DNA from: Candidatus Komeilibacteria bacterium S5_K13
Lineage (GTDB): Bacteria; Patescibacteriota; Patescibacteriia; UBA1558; S5-K13
DNA length: 64,000 nucleotides
Direction of reading: 5' to 3'
NCBI GenBank assembly: GCA_019248485.1
Contig: JAEHGL010000001.1
Coordinates: 11,446 to 75,445, forward strand
Shown: positions 1 to 9,744 of the stretch, piece after piece
How the letters are laid out: each line of letters starts with the position of its first letter
Numbering within the stretch: position 1 is the stretch's first letter
The notes under the pieces: model-generated
Told to the model about the DNA's origin: nothing
The model's database searches: none
Seen by the model: the letters and a program-made list of their open reading frames with translations, nothing else
Program-made: the position numbers and the translations under genes

Positions 1-442
1 TAAGCTCATTGGAAATATTTTCCATGGTAAAAGAAAAAAATGTTCCCGGAATTTTTGCATATTTCTCCGGATCTAAATCAAACGTTGCTTTATTAACGTT
101 TGTTTGTCCATTAAATTCTCCTCTCGCTGCACCAGGCATATAAACCTTCAAAACCTTACCAGCGGAGGGATTCTCTATTATTTCTCCTATCTTTTCTTCT
201 GACATATCAAACATTTTTCTTAAAAACCCCCTCCAATCATCCTTTGTAATGTGCTCGTGTTCATAAAAATCCTCTTTTTTCATATCCACTTTAAATACAA
301 CCCCATTATGACCACTTCCAATTTCACTAGCTTCTTGAATAAGATGATCCAAAATAATTTTCATCATTTCTGCACTTCTTTCTTTTTCTTCATCACCCAC
401 CTGGGATTCTGAATCTTTATTATTATCTTTATATCTTTCCAT
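1..442 (-). CDS. Partial CDS (5' part only; continues beyond the window start). Hypothetical protein with a Gly-rich loop GSGHNGVVFKV followed by K, which looks kinase-like.
   Basis: Open frame on the minus strand starting with ATG at 440-442. There is no stop before the window edge. The GxGxxGxV-K motif resembles the P-loop of protein kinases or phosphotransferases. Confidence 0.35.
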   Translation of the reverse strand, partial: MERYKDNNKDSESQVGDEEKERSAEMMKIILDHLIQEASEIGSGHNGVVFKVDMKKEDFYEHEHITKDDWRGFLRKMFDMSEEKIGEIIENPSAGKVLKVYMPGAARGEFNGQTNVNKATFDLDPEKYAKIPGTFFSFTMENISNEL

Positions 443-448
443 AAAAAT

Positions 449-1555
449 TTATTTTAATTTATTAAAAACCTTAATCGTTTCTTCTGCTGTTTTTTTCCAA
501 TTATACTGCTGAGAAATTGAATAATTCGCGTTAATTATTTCATTTCTTAAATCATCATTACTTAAAATTGTATCTATTTTTATTGCAATACTTCTTGGGT
601 CGTTCTGACAAAAACAATACTCATGAACTCCTAATTCTTTAAATACTTCAAGATTTGACAACAGCATCGGTATTTTACAAAACATTGATTCAATAATTGT
701 TATTCCAAAACCCTCAAAATGACTAAAATTTAGATAAATTTTGGCATTTTTTAACAAACAAATCTTTTCATCCTCTCTAAGCCATCCAAGAATTTTTATA
801 TCTCTCCTGTATGGAGATTTTTTTATCTCTGCATCTATAATATTATATCCATAGCCCCCTTTTCCAATCAATAAAAGCTTTAAATTTGATTGATAATTGC
901 TTCTAAAATAATTATAGGCGTGAATAATAATTTCAACATTTTTCTTTGTCTCGAGCCTTCCTATAAATACAACATAATTGTTATCCATAATTCCATATTT
1001 TTTCAAAATATTTTCTTTGAACTCATTAGAATATTCTTTTTGATATTTATTAAAATCTATACCTAAATGTGTCACAAATATTTTTTTATCATCTATATCA
1101 TATTTACTAAGTATATCTTTCTTTGTAAAAAATGATGGCGTTATTATTGCATTTGCTTTTTTCAATGTCCCAGCTCCATATCTTAAAGAAATAAGCTGTT
1201 TTTTAGAATAATATTCTTTATAATATTCATAACCCAAATCATGCCATGTAACAACTTTTTTGCATGAACAAATTGGTAAATAATGAGAAGGCGAAAAAAA
1301 TAAATCCAGGTTATATTTTCTAATAGAAAGACTAAGTTTTAGTATTGTCCAAAAATATCTAAATTTCCATGATAAAGCAATGTTTTTTACATTAGGAAAA
1401 TTTAAAAACCCAGCATCTAATTTTTCCTTAGAAAACAAAAAATATTGATTATCCCTATCAATATTTAAAATATTCTTAATTAAATAATATGAGTACCACT
1501 CTGTACCTGTTTTTTGTTTTAAATTTAGTCTTGATGCATCAATTCCAATTCGCAT
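449..1555 (-). CDS. Glycosyltransferase family 1 (GT4-type).
   Basis: C-terminal region EGFGITIIESMFCKIPML...SNLEVFKELG is typical of GT-B group-1 glycosyltransferases. Confidence 0.7.
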   Translation of the reverse strand: MRIGIDASRLNLKQKTGTEWYSYYLIKNILNIDRDNQYFLFSKEKLDAGFLNFPNVKNIALSWKFRYFWTILKLSLSIRKYNLDLFFSPSHYLPICSCKKVVTWHDLGYEYYKEYYSKKQLISLRYGAGTLKKANAIITPSFFTKKDILSKYDIDDKKIFVTHLGIDFNKYQKEYSNEFKENILKKYGIMDNNYVVFIGRLETKKNVEIIIHAYNYFRSNYQSNLKLLLIGKGGYGYNIIDAEIKKSPYRRDIKILGWLREDEKICLLKNAKIYLNFSHFEGFGITIIESMFCKIPMLLSNLEVFKELGVHEYCFCQNDPRSIAIKIDTILSNDDLRNEIINANYSISQQYNWKKTAEETIKVFNKLK

Positions 1556-1638
1556 GGACTAGCTTTTAGTTATTAGAATTTAATATTTAGTTAAATCATA
1601 GTGACTAAATCTTAAATTCTAAACTCTAAACTCTATTT

Positions 1639-2652
1639 TTATCTTGTCGAAAGTATACTTCTCTTATATGAATCTAAATTTTCTAAAGCAATGCCAGTTC
1701 CCTTGGCAACACAAAGATATGGTTTGTCAGCTACATAACAAGGAACTCCCGTTGTTTGAGTGAATAATTTGTCTATATTTCTAAGCTGAGAAGTACCACC
1801 CGACAAAATCATACCCTTTTCCATGACGTCAGCGGACAATTCTGGTGGAGTATTATACAAAACTGATTTAATAGCTGAAATAATTCCATATAATTCGTTT
1901 TGAAGAGCTTCGGTAATATCATCTGAAGTAATCTTTAAAATTCTTGGAAGACCAGAAATAATATCACGCCCCTTTATTTCAGTGCTCATTTTATCTTTCT
2001 CATCCAAAAATAATGCAGAGCCTATTTTGATTTTTATTGTCTCAGAACTTGACTCACCTATTGCAAGACCATATTTTTTCTTAATATGTTCCATTATTGC
2101 AGCATCAAATCTTGTTCCACCGATCCTTACTGAATTACTTGTTACTATTCCGCCAAGAGAAATAACGGCTATTTCTGTTGTTCCTCCACCAAGCTCTACT
2201 ATCATGTGTCCTGAAGCAGATCCTATTGGAATTTCGGCTCCTATTGCAGCTGCAAGAGGTTGTTTGATGATATAAGCAGCTTTTGCACCTGAGGCAAGCG
2301 TAGCGCCAATAACAGCACGTCTCTCAGTGGATGTAATCCCAGCTGGAACCGAGATCATAACTTCTGGCCTAAACAATTTAACACCAGACAAGGCTTTATT
2401 TATAAAATATCTAAGCATACTTTCTGTAGTTCTATAGTCTGCTATAACACCATCTTTTAAAGGGCGGTGTGCAATAATAGAATCAGGAGTACGTCCAATC
2501 ATTTCCTTTGCTTCATTACCAACAGCAAGCACTTTTTTATCAATCAAAGAAATAGCAACAACCGAAGGCTCATTTATAATAATCCCTTTTTTTGGCACAT
2601 AAACAAGCGTTGTTGTTGTGCCCAAATCTATTCCTATTTTTTTTCTAAACAT
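1639..2652 (-). CDS. mreB: Rod shape-determining protein MreB (actin-like ATPase).
   Basis: N-terminal IGIDLGTTTTLVYV phosphate-1 motif, with DxGGGTT and actin-fold motifs along the length. Confidence 0.85.
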   Translation of the reverse strand: MFRKKIGIDLGTTTTLVYVPKKGIIINEPSVVAISLIDKKVLAVGNEAKEMIGRTPDSIIAHRPLKDGVIADYRTTESMLRYFINKALSGVKLFRPEVMISVPAGITSTERRAVIGATLASGAKAAYIIKQPLAAAIGAEIPIGSASGHMIVELGGGTTEIAVISLGGIVTSNSVRIGGTRFDAAIMEHIKKKYGLAIGESSSETIKIKIGSALFLDEKDKMSTEIKGRDIISGLPRILKITSDDITEALQNELYGIISAIKSVLYNTPPELSADVMEKGMILSGGTSQLRNIDKLFTQTTGVPCYVADKPYLCVAKGTGIALENLDSYKRSILSTR

Positions 2653-3116
2653 TATTTTATTTCTAAAATTTTACACTTTACAAATCCCTTTGGAGTATTG
2701 ACGTCAAAACCTTCTCCGACTCTTTTATTAATAATAGCCTCGCCAAGTGGAGAAATATAAGAAATAAGTCCATTTATAGCATCACTCTCTGTTGCCCCCA
2801 CAAGTTCAATTTCTTGTTCTTTATTATCAAGAAGTATTTTAACTCTATTTCCAATATTTACAACGTCTTTTTTAGAATCTTTAAAATTTATAACAATTGC
2901 TTTCTTAATCAAATCTTCTAGCTCCATAATTCTTCCCTCTATAAAGCCCTGTTCTTCTCTAGCGTCGTGATATGCTGCATTTTCAGAGAGGTCTCCATAC
3001 TCTCTTGCTATTTCTATTCTTTTAATCACATCTGGCCTTTTTGTATTCTTCAAAAGATCAAGCTCTTCTTTTAACTTGCGTAAACCCTCTTCTGTAAGGT
3101 AATTTTGATTTTCCAT
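2652..3116 (-). CDS. greA: Transcription elongation factor GreA.
   Basis: TEEGLRKLKEELDLL...REYGDLSENAAYHDAREEQ is the GreA N-terminal coiled coil, followed by the FKBP-like C-domain. Confidence 0.85.
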   Translation of the reverse strand: MENQNYLTEEGLRKLKEELDLLKNTKRPDVIKRIEIAREYGDLSENAAYHDAREEQGFIEGRIMELEDLIKKAIVINFKDSKKDVVNIGNRVKILLDNKEQEIELVGATESDAINGLISYISPLGEAIINKRVGEGFDVNTPKGFVKCKILEIK

Positions 3117-3219
3117 GTCTATAATTTTATTTGTCTATTGTTAAAAAGAAAAAACAGATAGCTCTTAGCTCTCTTTTTTTATTTTATAATTAGCTTAAAA
3201 TAGGATATTATTAGCTTTC

Positions 3220-5160
3220 CTATTCGCTAAACCTATCTTTAAAATACCACAATAAAATATCCTTGGCAAGTGGCACCGCTATAGCGCTACCCTCTCCACC
3301 ACCATCTATTAAAACAGTTAAAACAATGTTGGGATCCTTATATGGGGCGTATCCAGTAAACCAGGCATGCGTTTTACTATTATTTGCAAATTGAGCTGTT
3401 CCTGTTTTTCCAACCGCCTCTATTGGCAAAGATGACAATCCACGAGAACTTCCATCTGTCACAGACATTCTCATACCCTCTTGAATTAATTTAATATTCT
3501 TTTCTGAAATAAAGCCAGATCCTTTTATCATAATTGGTCTTTTAATAAACTTATCACCAACACCTATTTTGTCTACCACCCTTGGCTCATATAATATTCC
3601 TTCGCTTGCTATAACAGACGTCATCATAGCTATTTGAAGCGGAGTCGCTAATACATCTCCCTGTCCAATGCTTACATGATATGTATCCCCTATATACCAA
3701 GGTTCACCTGTTAATTCTTTTTTCCATTCTTCTGTTGGTAAAAATCCATTCGCCTCCCCAGGCAAATCAATACCCGTCTTTGAGTCAAAACCAAATTTCT
3801 TTGCGTAAAAATTTATTTTTTCCAACCCTAGGCCATAAAAATCACCATACCCACCCCCTATATTATAAAAATAAGTATTAACAGACTCTGCTATTGCTTT
3901 TTTCACATCCGTAGATCCATGACCACCAGCTTTCCAATCTGGGAAAAACCATGCCCCGATATTGATTCCACCCGTACTTAAAAAGGAGGTATTTGCGTCA
4001 GCAATGCCAGATTCAAGTCCTGCGCTGGCCATCATTATTTTGAAAGTAGATCCTGGAGGATATTCTCCAGATATTGCCCTAAAAAACATTGGCTGATCTG
4101 GATCATTTATAAGCGAATCATACTTTTCTTGACTAAGATTTGCTGAAAAAATATTATTATCATATGCTGGCAAAGACACAATAGCCAAAACAGCACCATT
4201 CCTTGGATCAATTGCAACAACAGACGCCTTTGTTAAATTGTGCTTCTTTAAAAGATCTAATAATAAATCTGTTATCTTTATCTGCAATGGCCCATCTATA
4301 GACAAAATTAAATTTTCTCCGTCTATTGGCTTTTCAACTGCCAAAATCTTTTTCTCCCTGCCTAGGGAATCTATCTCTATCTTTGACTTTCCAAAATGTC
4401 CCCTCAATTCTTTCTCATAAACATACTCTAAGCCACTTTTTCCTATTTTATCATCTAAATAATAACCCTCTTTAGATAAATTCGCATAATCTTTTTCTGA
4501 AATTTTTCCTAAATATCCAAAAACGTGCGAAAAATATCCTAATAAATTATACTCTCTTTTAATACCAGTTGTAACTGATATGCCCTTCAAAGTCTTAGAT
4601 AAAGACATTAATTTCATAGCCTCTTCATATTCCAAAGACTCCTTAACTATTCTCGGTTGATAATTTTCCAAAATATTTTTTGAAACATAATCCAATAAAT
4701 TAACTCTTTGACCAATAATTGTTTTATTTAAGGCCTCTTGCGTTTCAAATAATTCCTGCTCATCCTTTGGCAGGTCGGCGGGAATAATTCTAAGAGAAAA
4801 ATTTGCTACATTTTTGAGAAGAGGGTTCATTAGCGAATCATATATCATTCCTCTTTTTGGATCTATTCTCTCTATCCTCATTCTATTGCCCTCAGCAAGC
4901 GATCTATAATAATCTCCTTTTATAATTTGTAAGTAAAAAGCTCTACAAAAAATTAAACTCCACAAAATAATCAAAAAAGACACAAAAACCAAAAATCTTT
5001 TTGTGTTCATTATAACACCCAAATTCCTACCATCTCCAAATGTATTAAAATAATTACCTTCTTCTCTATGGGCAGTATAATCTTTCACATTTAAATCGGC
5101 TTCGTTTGTGGGTTTAACAATAAAATCTGTTACTTCAAAAAAATTCATATTAATTACCAA
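3220..5160 (-). CDS. mrdA: Penicillin-binding protein 2 (peptidoglycan D,D-transpeptidase, MrdA-like).
   Basis: N-terminal TM segment, SXXK active site (GSTFK) and KTGTA motif. It is located in the mreBCD cluster. Confidence 0.8.
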   Translation of the reverse strand: MVINMNFFEVTDFIVKPTNEADLNVKDYTAHREEGNYFNTFGDGRNLGVIMNTKRFLVFVSFLIILWSLIFCRAFYLQIIKGDYYRSLAEGNRMRIERIDPKRGMIYDSLMNPLLKNVANFSLRIIPADLPKDEQELFETQEALNKTIIGQRVNLLDYVSKNILENYQPRIVKESLEYEEAMKLMSLSKTLKGISVTTGIKREYNLLGYFSHVFGYLGKISEKDYANLSKEGYYLDDKIGKSGLEYVYEKELRGHFGKSKIEIDSLGREKKILAVEKPIDGENLILSIDGPLQIKITDLLLDLLKKHNLTKASVVAIDPRNGAVLAIVSLPAYDNNIFSANLSQEKYDSLINDPDQPMFFRAISGEYPPGSTFKIMMASAGLESGIADANTSFLSTGGINIGAWFFPDWKAGGHGSTDVKKAIAESVNTYFYNIGGGYGDFYGLGLEKINFYAKKFGFDSKTGIDLPGEANGFLPTEEWKKELTGEPWYIGDTYHVSIGQGDVLATPLQIAMMTSVIASEGILYEPRVVDKIGVGDKFIKRPIMIKGSGFISEKNIKLIQEGMRMSVTDGSSRGLSSLPIEAVGKTGTAQFANNSKTHAWFTGYAPYKDPNIVLTVLIDGGGEGSAIAVPLAKDILLWYFKDRFSE

Positions 5161-5659
5161 TTATTATAAATCTGTTTCTTGTATTTTTTGAAAATATATT
5201 TGCCAATAAATACAAAAACGCTGAGAATAAAAAAGTCATAATGAATTCTCTAAAAAAATCTTGGGATATAATACCGATACTAGGCGTATATACAAGAGAA
5301 GCATCTGATGCAAATAAAAATACTAAAAAATAAAAAATCAAATTAAATAAAACAATTCCTAAACAAACCAAAATAAAATAAGTAAAAAATCTATCCCCCG
5401 ATAAAAAATTTATAGATATATATCGCATTATCAAAAAAGTAATGAAAAACGCAAAAAAATAAGCACCAAAAAAAAGGGAAAAAATATCCATAAGCAAGCT
5501 CGCACAAAACAAAAAAATAATTGATTTCTCAAAATCTAAAAAAAACATTATAAATAAAGCGATACTAAAAACAAAATTTATTCTGATGTCATGTATTAAA
5601 TGAACTTGAACAAACGCCACAATGATAGCTGGAATGATAAAAAAAAATATATATTTCAT
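5150..5659 (-). CDS. mreD: Polytopic membrane protein, probable MreD.
   Basis: 169-aa multi-TM protein positioned between mreC and pbp2, as in canonical mreBCD-mrdA operons. Confidence 0.45.
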   Translation of the reverse strand: MKYIFFFIIPAIIVAFVQVHLIHDIRINFVFSIALFIMFFLDFEKSIIFLFCASLLMDIFSLFFGAYFFAFFITFLIMRYISINFLSGDRFFTYFILVCLGIVLFNLIFYFLVFLFASDASLVYTPSIGIISQDFFREFIMTFLFSAFLYLLANIFSKNTRNRFIIIGN

Positions 5660-5660
5660 T

Positions 5661-6458
5661 TTAATTTTTGATTATGCTTACAAAATCAAGCATAGAATAA
5701 TCAACGGGAGAATATATTATAGCGCGCTTAAAAAAATCCCCTTCTTTAAAAATTAATTCCTTTATCTGACCGACAACCAATCCGCTTGACACCTTTTCAT
5801 TGGAACCGCTTGTAACTATAATATCTCCTTGCTTTACATTTGAATCTATAGGAATATAATCCATTTGCAAACTATAATCCAGATCTCCTTTTACTATTCC
5901 GCTAATTTTATCCTCTCCTTCAATAAATACGGTGAGTACACTATTTTTATCTGATAATAAAACTACTTCTGATGAATCATGCTCAATTTTTGCAATAACT
6001 CCAACTATTATTCCTTTTCCATATATAACTGGCATTTTAAGATCAATACCATCATTACTTCCTTTGTCTATTTTAATAACACTATCACTTCCCATATAAA
6101 AACCAGATATTACCCTTGCTGTAACAAGCGAATCTTTTGATATCGCCTTATAAGCTAATTGCTCTTTTAAATTTAAATTTTCTTGTTCTAATTGTTTTGT
6201 ATAAGATAAATTGATAAGATTTTTTGATATTTCATCTTTCAAAAATTGACTTTCTGACCTAATATCAGAATAATGGAAAACTGAATAAAAATAACTGTCT
6301 ATCCCCCTACTTGTATTATAAACAAATCTGCTTATAGGTTTAGTAATATTTACAACAAAATTCTCCACAGGAGAAATAATTTTTGAAAAGTGAAGTGTTG
6401 TTAAAATAATCATTACAATAAAAAACCAAATAATTCTTTTCTTGTTTGAAGATTGCAT
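5661..6458 (-). CDS. mreC: Rod shape-determining protein MreC.
   Basis: N-terminal TM segment, coiled-coil (LKEQL...) and a C-terminal beta-rich domain. It lies directly downstream of an mreB paralog. Confidence 0.6.
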   Translation of the reverse strand: MQSSNKKRIIWFFIVMIILTTLHFSKIISPVENFVVNITKPISRFVYNTSRGIDSYFYSVFHYSDIRSESQFLKDEISKNLINLSYTKQLEQENLNLKEQLAYKAISKDSLVTARVISGFYMGSDSVIKIDKGSNDGIDLKMPVIYGKGIIVGVIAKIEHDSSEVVLLSDKNSVLTVFIEGEDKISGIVKGDLDYSLQMDYIPIDSNVKQGDIIVTSGSNEKVSSGLVVGQIKELIFKEGDFFKRAIIYSPVDYSMLDFVSIIKN

Positions 6459-6475
6459 ATAATTTTAATAAACTA

Positions 6476-7534
6476 TTATTTTTTATAAGAATTTTCAAAT
6501 GTAGGGGGAAGTAATACTTCTTTCAAACTATCGAAGTCCTCCACTACTATTCCTACACCTCTTATAACCGTTGTAAGAGAGTCATCAGCTATAATAACTG
6601 GGATTTGAGTAGCTTCATATATCATTTTATCTAAACCCAAAATATTTGCACCTCCACCCGACAAAACCATTCCTCTTTGATATAAATCTGAAACAAGTTC
6701 TGGTGGTGTATTTTCAACCACATCTTTTATTGCGCTAATAATAATATCTATTGATTTTTTTATTGCCTCTCTTACTTCCTCGCTTTTTAAAACTATTTCT
6801 TTTGGAAGTCCTGTCAAAAGGTTCCTTCCTCTTATTTTCATTTTTTGCGTCTTACTTTCTATTTGAAGCACATTTGCTATTTTTATTTTTACATTTTCTG
6901 CAGTTTTTTCACCCAAGAAAAGATTATATTTTTCTCTAACATAATCAATAATATCATTGTCTAATTTTTCTCCTGCTATCTTAAGAGATTTAGAGGCAAC
7001 TATTCCTCCCAAAGAAATTACTGCTATTTCTGTTTTTCCACCACCAAGCTCTACTATCATATTTCCATTTGCTTCTTGAATTGGCAATCTCACTCCTATT
7101 GCAGAGGCCATTGGTTGTTCGATAAGATAAACCTCTTTTGCGCCAGCAGAAAGTGCAACATCTTCAACCGCTTTTCTTTCAACTTCTGTAATATCAAGTG
7201 GAACGCCTATTATAATCCTTGGACGAAAAAACATAGAAAAAGATTCTTTGTGAATCTTGTCTATAAAATATTTCATCATCTTCTCTGTAATTTCAAAATC
7301 TGATATAACCCCATGTCTTAGTGGTTTGATGGCTAAAATATGTGGCGGGGTTTTTCCAAGCATTCTCCTTGCATCATCTCCAACTGAAAGAATTTGATCT
7401 ATTCTTGTATTAATAGCAACAACAGATGGCTCATTTACTATGATACCTTTTCCACTAACATAAAAAAGCGTGTTTGAAGTTCCTAGGTCAACACCAATGT
7501 CTTTTGACATTTTTGTAAAAAAGTTCTTTAACAT
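6476..7534 (-). CDS. mreB: Second MreB/Mbl paralog.
   Basis: IGVDLGTSNTLFYV and actin-fold motifs. It is a paralog of the gene at 1639-2652. Confidence 0.85.
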   Translation of the reverse strand: MLKNFFTKMSKDIGVDLGTSNTLFYVSGKGIIVNEPSVVAINTRIDQILSVGDDARRMLGKTPPHILAIKPLRHGVISDFEITEKMMKYFIDKIHKESFSMFFRPRIIIGVPLDITEVERKAVEDVALSAGAKEVYLIEQPMASAIGVRLPIQEANGNMIVELGGGKTEIAVISLGGIVASKSLKIAGEKLDNDIIDYVREKYNLFLGEKTAENVKIKIANVLQIESKTQKMKIRGRNLLTGLPKEIVLKSEEVREAIKKSIDIIISAIKDVVENTPPELVSDLYQRGMVLSGGGANILGLDKMIYEATQIPVIIADDSLTTVIRGVGIVVEDFDSLKEVLLPPTFENSYKK

Positions 7535-7587
7535 AATTGTCTAATAAATTTTATATATCTTAACAGAATTTCAGATTTTGTAAAACA

Positions 7588-7890
7588 TTATTTTGCAACA
7601 TGTTTTGATAAAAATGAAATTATCCTCTTTGCCTCGTCTTTTATCATTGCATCATCATATTCACCACTATGAGCAGTATGCCCCTTATAAGAGGCCTTTT
7701 TTTGATCAATGTGGATGCTAAATTCAATCACATTTTTATTATTTTTTATATAGAGATGCCATCTTGGATAAAACTCTCTAGAAATGCTTCTAATATAACT
7801 ATCTCCATATTTTGGGTGTAGTCTATATCCGCACTCTTGTAATATTGTATTCAAATTTTCATTAAAATTTGCTTTTATCTTAAAATCCAT
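7588..7890 (-). CDS. Hypothetical 100-aa protein.
   Basis: ORF only. No recognisable motif. Confidence 0.3.
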   Translation of the reverse strand: MDFKIKANFNENLNTILQECGYRLHPKYGDSYIRSISREFYPRWHLYIKNNKNVIEFSIHIDQKKASYKGHTAHSGEYDDAMIKDEAKRIISFLSKHVAK

Positions 7891-7891
7891 A

Positions 7892-8998
7892 TTAAAATAT
7901 GTTTTTAATATTATTTATGATTTTTCCCCCATATCTCGTAAAATCTTTATAAGTTACCAAAACAATCAAAAACATCAAAAGACTAAATCCAATATTATGA
8001 ATAATTGCTTCTAATTTTTGATTATTTTTTTTGCGTCTTATTTTCTCAATTACCAAAAACATTATTCTTCCACCATCAAGAGCTGGGAATGGTAGTATAT
8101 TAATAACAGCTAAATTTATTGATAATATAGCCATAAACTGCAAAATATATTGCCAACCCATAGAAACGGCTCGACCCGTAAAAACGGCGACTCCAATTGG
8201 ACCAGAAACATCTTCTGCGCCATGACCCTGAAACAAACCAATTACTAAATTGTATAAAGCTTCAAATATAGCTATCGTAAGATTTACAGTGGCACGAAAT
8301 CCATAAATTGGCGCCATATACCAAGGATAAGAGACGATTCCTGTGTCTGACAGAGAAACACCTATAATCTTCTTATTCAAAGAGCTGTCTATTTGTTCTG
8401 GCTTAAGAGTTAGTATCTTCTGGGTATTGCTGTTATCTACTAATATCTTGATTTCCGTATCTTGATTATTCTCAATATAATTTGTAAGATCTACGGATCC
8501 ACTAAAAGTTTTATCATCAAGAGAAACTATATAATCTCCCAATTTAATACCTGATTTTTCAGCTGGAGAATTTGGATACACACTTATTACTTGAATCTTT
8601 TGGTCTCTCACTTTTGCATGATTATAATTTCCACTAAGTGATGTTGGAATTCCAATACCAAATCCAATACTTATTAAAACAAATGCTAAAATAAAATTCA
8701 TAAATACTCCCGCAAAAAGAATTATGACTCTTTTCCATATTGGTGCGTTTATAAAGCTATCACTATCTACTTCATTATCTCCTGACTCGCCTTTTATTTT
8801 TACAAAACCACCTATTGGAATAAGGTTTAAAGAATACAAAACTCCATTTTTCTTGATGCCAAAAATCTTAGGGGGAAATCCAAATCCAAATTCTTCAACT
8901 CCTACTCCCAGTTTTCTTGCACTATAAAAATGACCTAGTTCATGAACAAAAACCAAAATTCCCAAAACTATAAAAAAAATTATTATTGTTAATATCAT
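7892..8998 (-). CDS. rseP: Site-2 protease RseP (zinc metalloprotease with PDZ domain).
   Basis: HELGH motif near the N-terminus, multiple TM segments, an internal PDZ-like segment and an LDGG motif. Confidence 0.75.
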   Translation of the reverse strand: MILTIIIFFIVLGILVFVHELGHFYSARKLGVGVEEFGFGFPPKIFGIKKNGVLYSLNLIPIGGFVKIKGESGDNEVDSDSFINAPIWKRVIILFAGVFMNFILAFVLISIGFGIGIPTSLSGNYNHAKVRDQKIQVISVYPNSPAEKSGIKLGDYIVSLDDKTFSGSVDLTNYIENNQDTEIKILVDNSNTQKILTLKPEQIDSSLNKKIIGVSLSDTGIVSYPWYMAPIYGFRATVNLTIAIFEALYNLVIGLFQGHGAEDVSGPIGVAVFTGRAVSMGWQYILQFMAILSINLAVINILPFPALDGGRIMFLVIEKIRRKKNNQKLEAIIHNIGFSLLMFLIVLVTYKDFTRYGGKIINNIKNIF

Positions 8999-9039
8999 AT
9001 TAAATAAATTTCAAATTACAAACAACAAATTACAAAACG

Positions 9040-9125
9040 CCTCCTTCATTTGGACATTTCTCGCCTCGCTGAAGCTACCTGCCTCGACTTGTGTCTATGG
9101 CAAGGCGGGTGGCGAAGCGGGGAAA
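9040..9125 (+). repeat. GC-rich repeat element, copy 1 (~60-85 nt). Core sequence is ...TCGCCTCGCTGAAGCTACCTGCCTCGACTTGTGTCTATGGCAAGGCGGGTGGCGAAGCGGGG.
   Basis: The same sequence recurs at 38335-38415 and 61175-61292 in the same orientation. A diverged partial copy lies inside the CDS at 40003-40044. It is GC-rich in an AT-rich genome and contains internal inverted repeats. Confidence 0.8.
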
Positions 9126-9143
9126 TTTGTCATTTGATATTAA

Positions 9144-9698
9144 TTAGACCGTCATTATCTCTTTTTCTTTTTTATCTGTCATTTCTTCTATGATCTGATT
9201 CTTCTCTTTTGTCATATCATCAATTTTTTTAAATAAGTCAAATTTGTCATCTTCTCCGATTTCTTTATTTAGTTCTCTTTGCTCTGTATCTTTTCTTGCC
9301 TTATCTCTAATTTGTCTTATAGAAACACGCGAATCTTCTCTTTTGTCATGTAAAATTTTTACAAGCGCCTTTCTTTTGTCCTCTGTAGGAGCTTGAACCT
9401 GCACTCTTACAACATTATCTGAAACAGAAATACTCATATCTAAATTAGCCTTAGAAAGCCCTCTTTCAATGTCTTTTAGAATTGATTTGTCCCATGGCTC
9501 TACTACAAGCATTGTTGGCTCTGGCACTGAAATAGATGCAAGTTGTTTAATTGGAGTCTTTGTTCCATATGACTCTACTAAAACATCTTCAATCATTGCG
9601 GGAATTGCTTTTCCAGCCCTAATTTTGTCTATTTCTTCTTTGTAATGATCTATAGCCTTATCATATTCTTGTTTAAAAACGTCTATCATTTGTGACAT
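9144..9698 (-). CDS. frr: Ribosome recycling factor, with an acidic C-terminal extension.
   Basis: IDVFKQEYDKAIDHYKEEIDKIRAGKA...IERGLSKANL is the Frr signature. Confidence 0.85.
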   Translation of the reverse strand: MSQMIDVFKQEYDKAIDHYKEEIDKIRAGKAIPAMIEDVLVESYGTKTPIKQLASISVPEPTMLVVEPWDKSILKDIERGLSKANLDMSISVSDNVVRVQVQAPTEDKRKALVKILHDKREDSRVSIRQIRDKARKDTEQRELNKEIGEDDKFDLFKKIDDMTKEKNQIIEEMTDKKEKEIMTV

Positions 9699-9744
9699 GT
9701 TATTATTGTCCCGCTCTAGAGCGTAGATTTTAATTAATTATATT

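Noticed and set aside
1982-2760. Antisense ORFs within mreB. Analogous shadow ORFs occur across the window (for example 3681-3881, 6751-6939, 15388-16463, 21249-22218, 29717-30088, 31538-31927, 38589-38930, 42531-44366).
   Set aside because: They lie entirely inside well-supported genes on the opposite strand and have no motifs. They are typical shadow ORFs.
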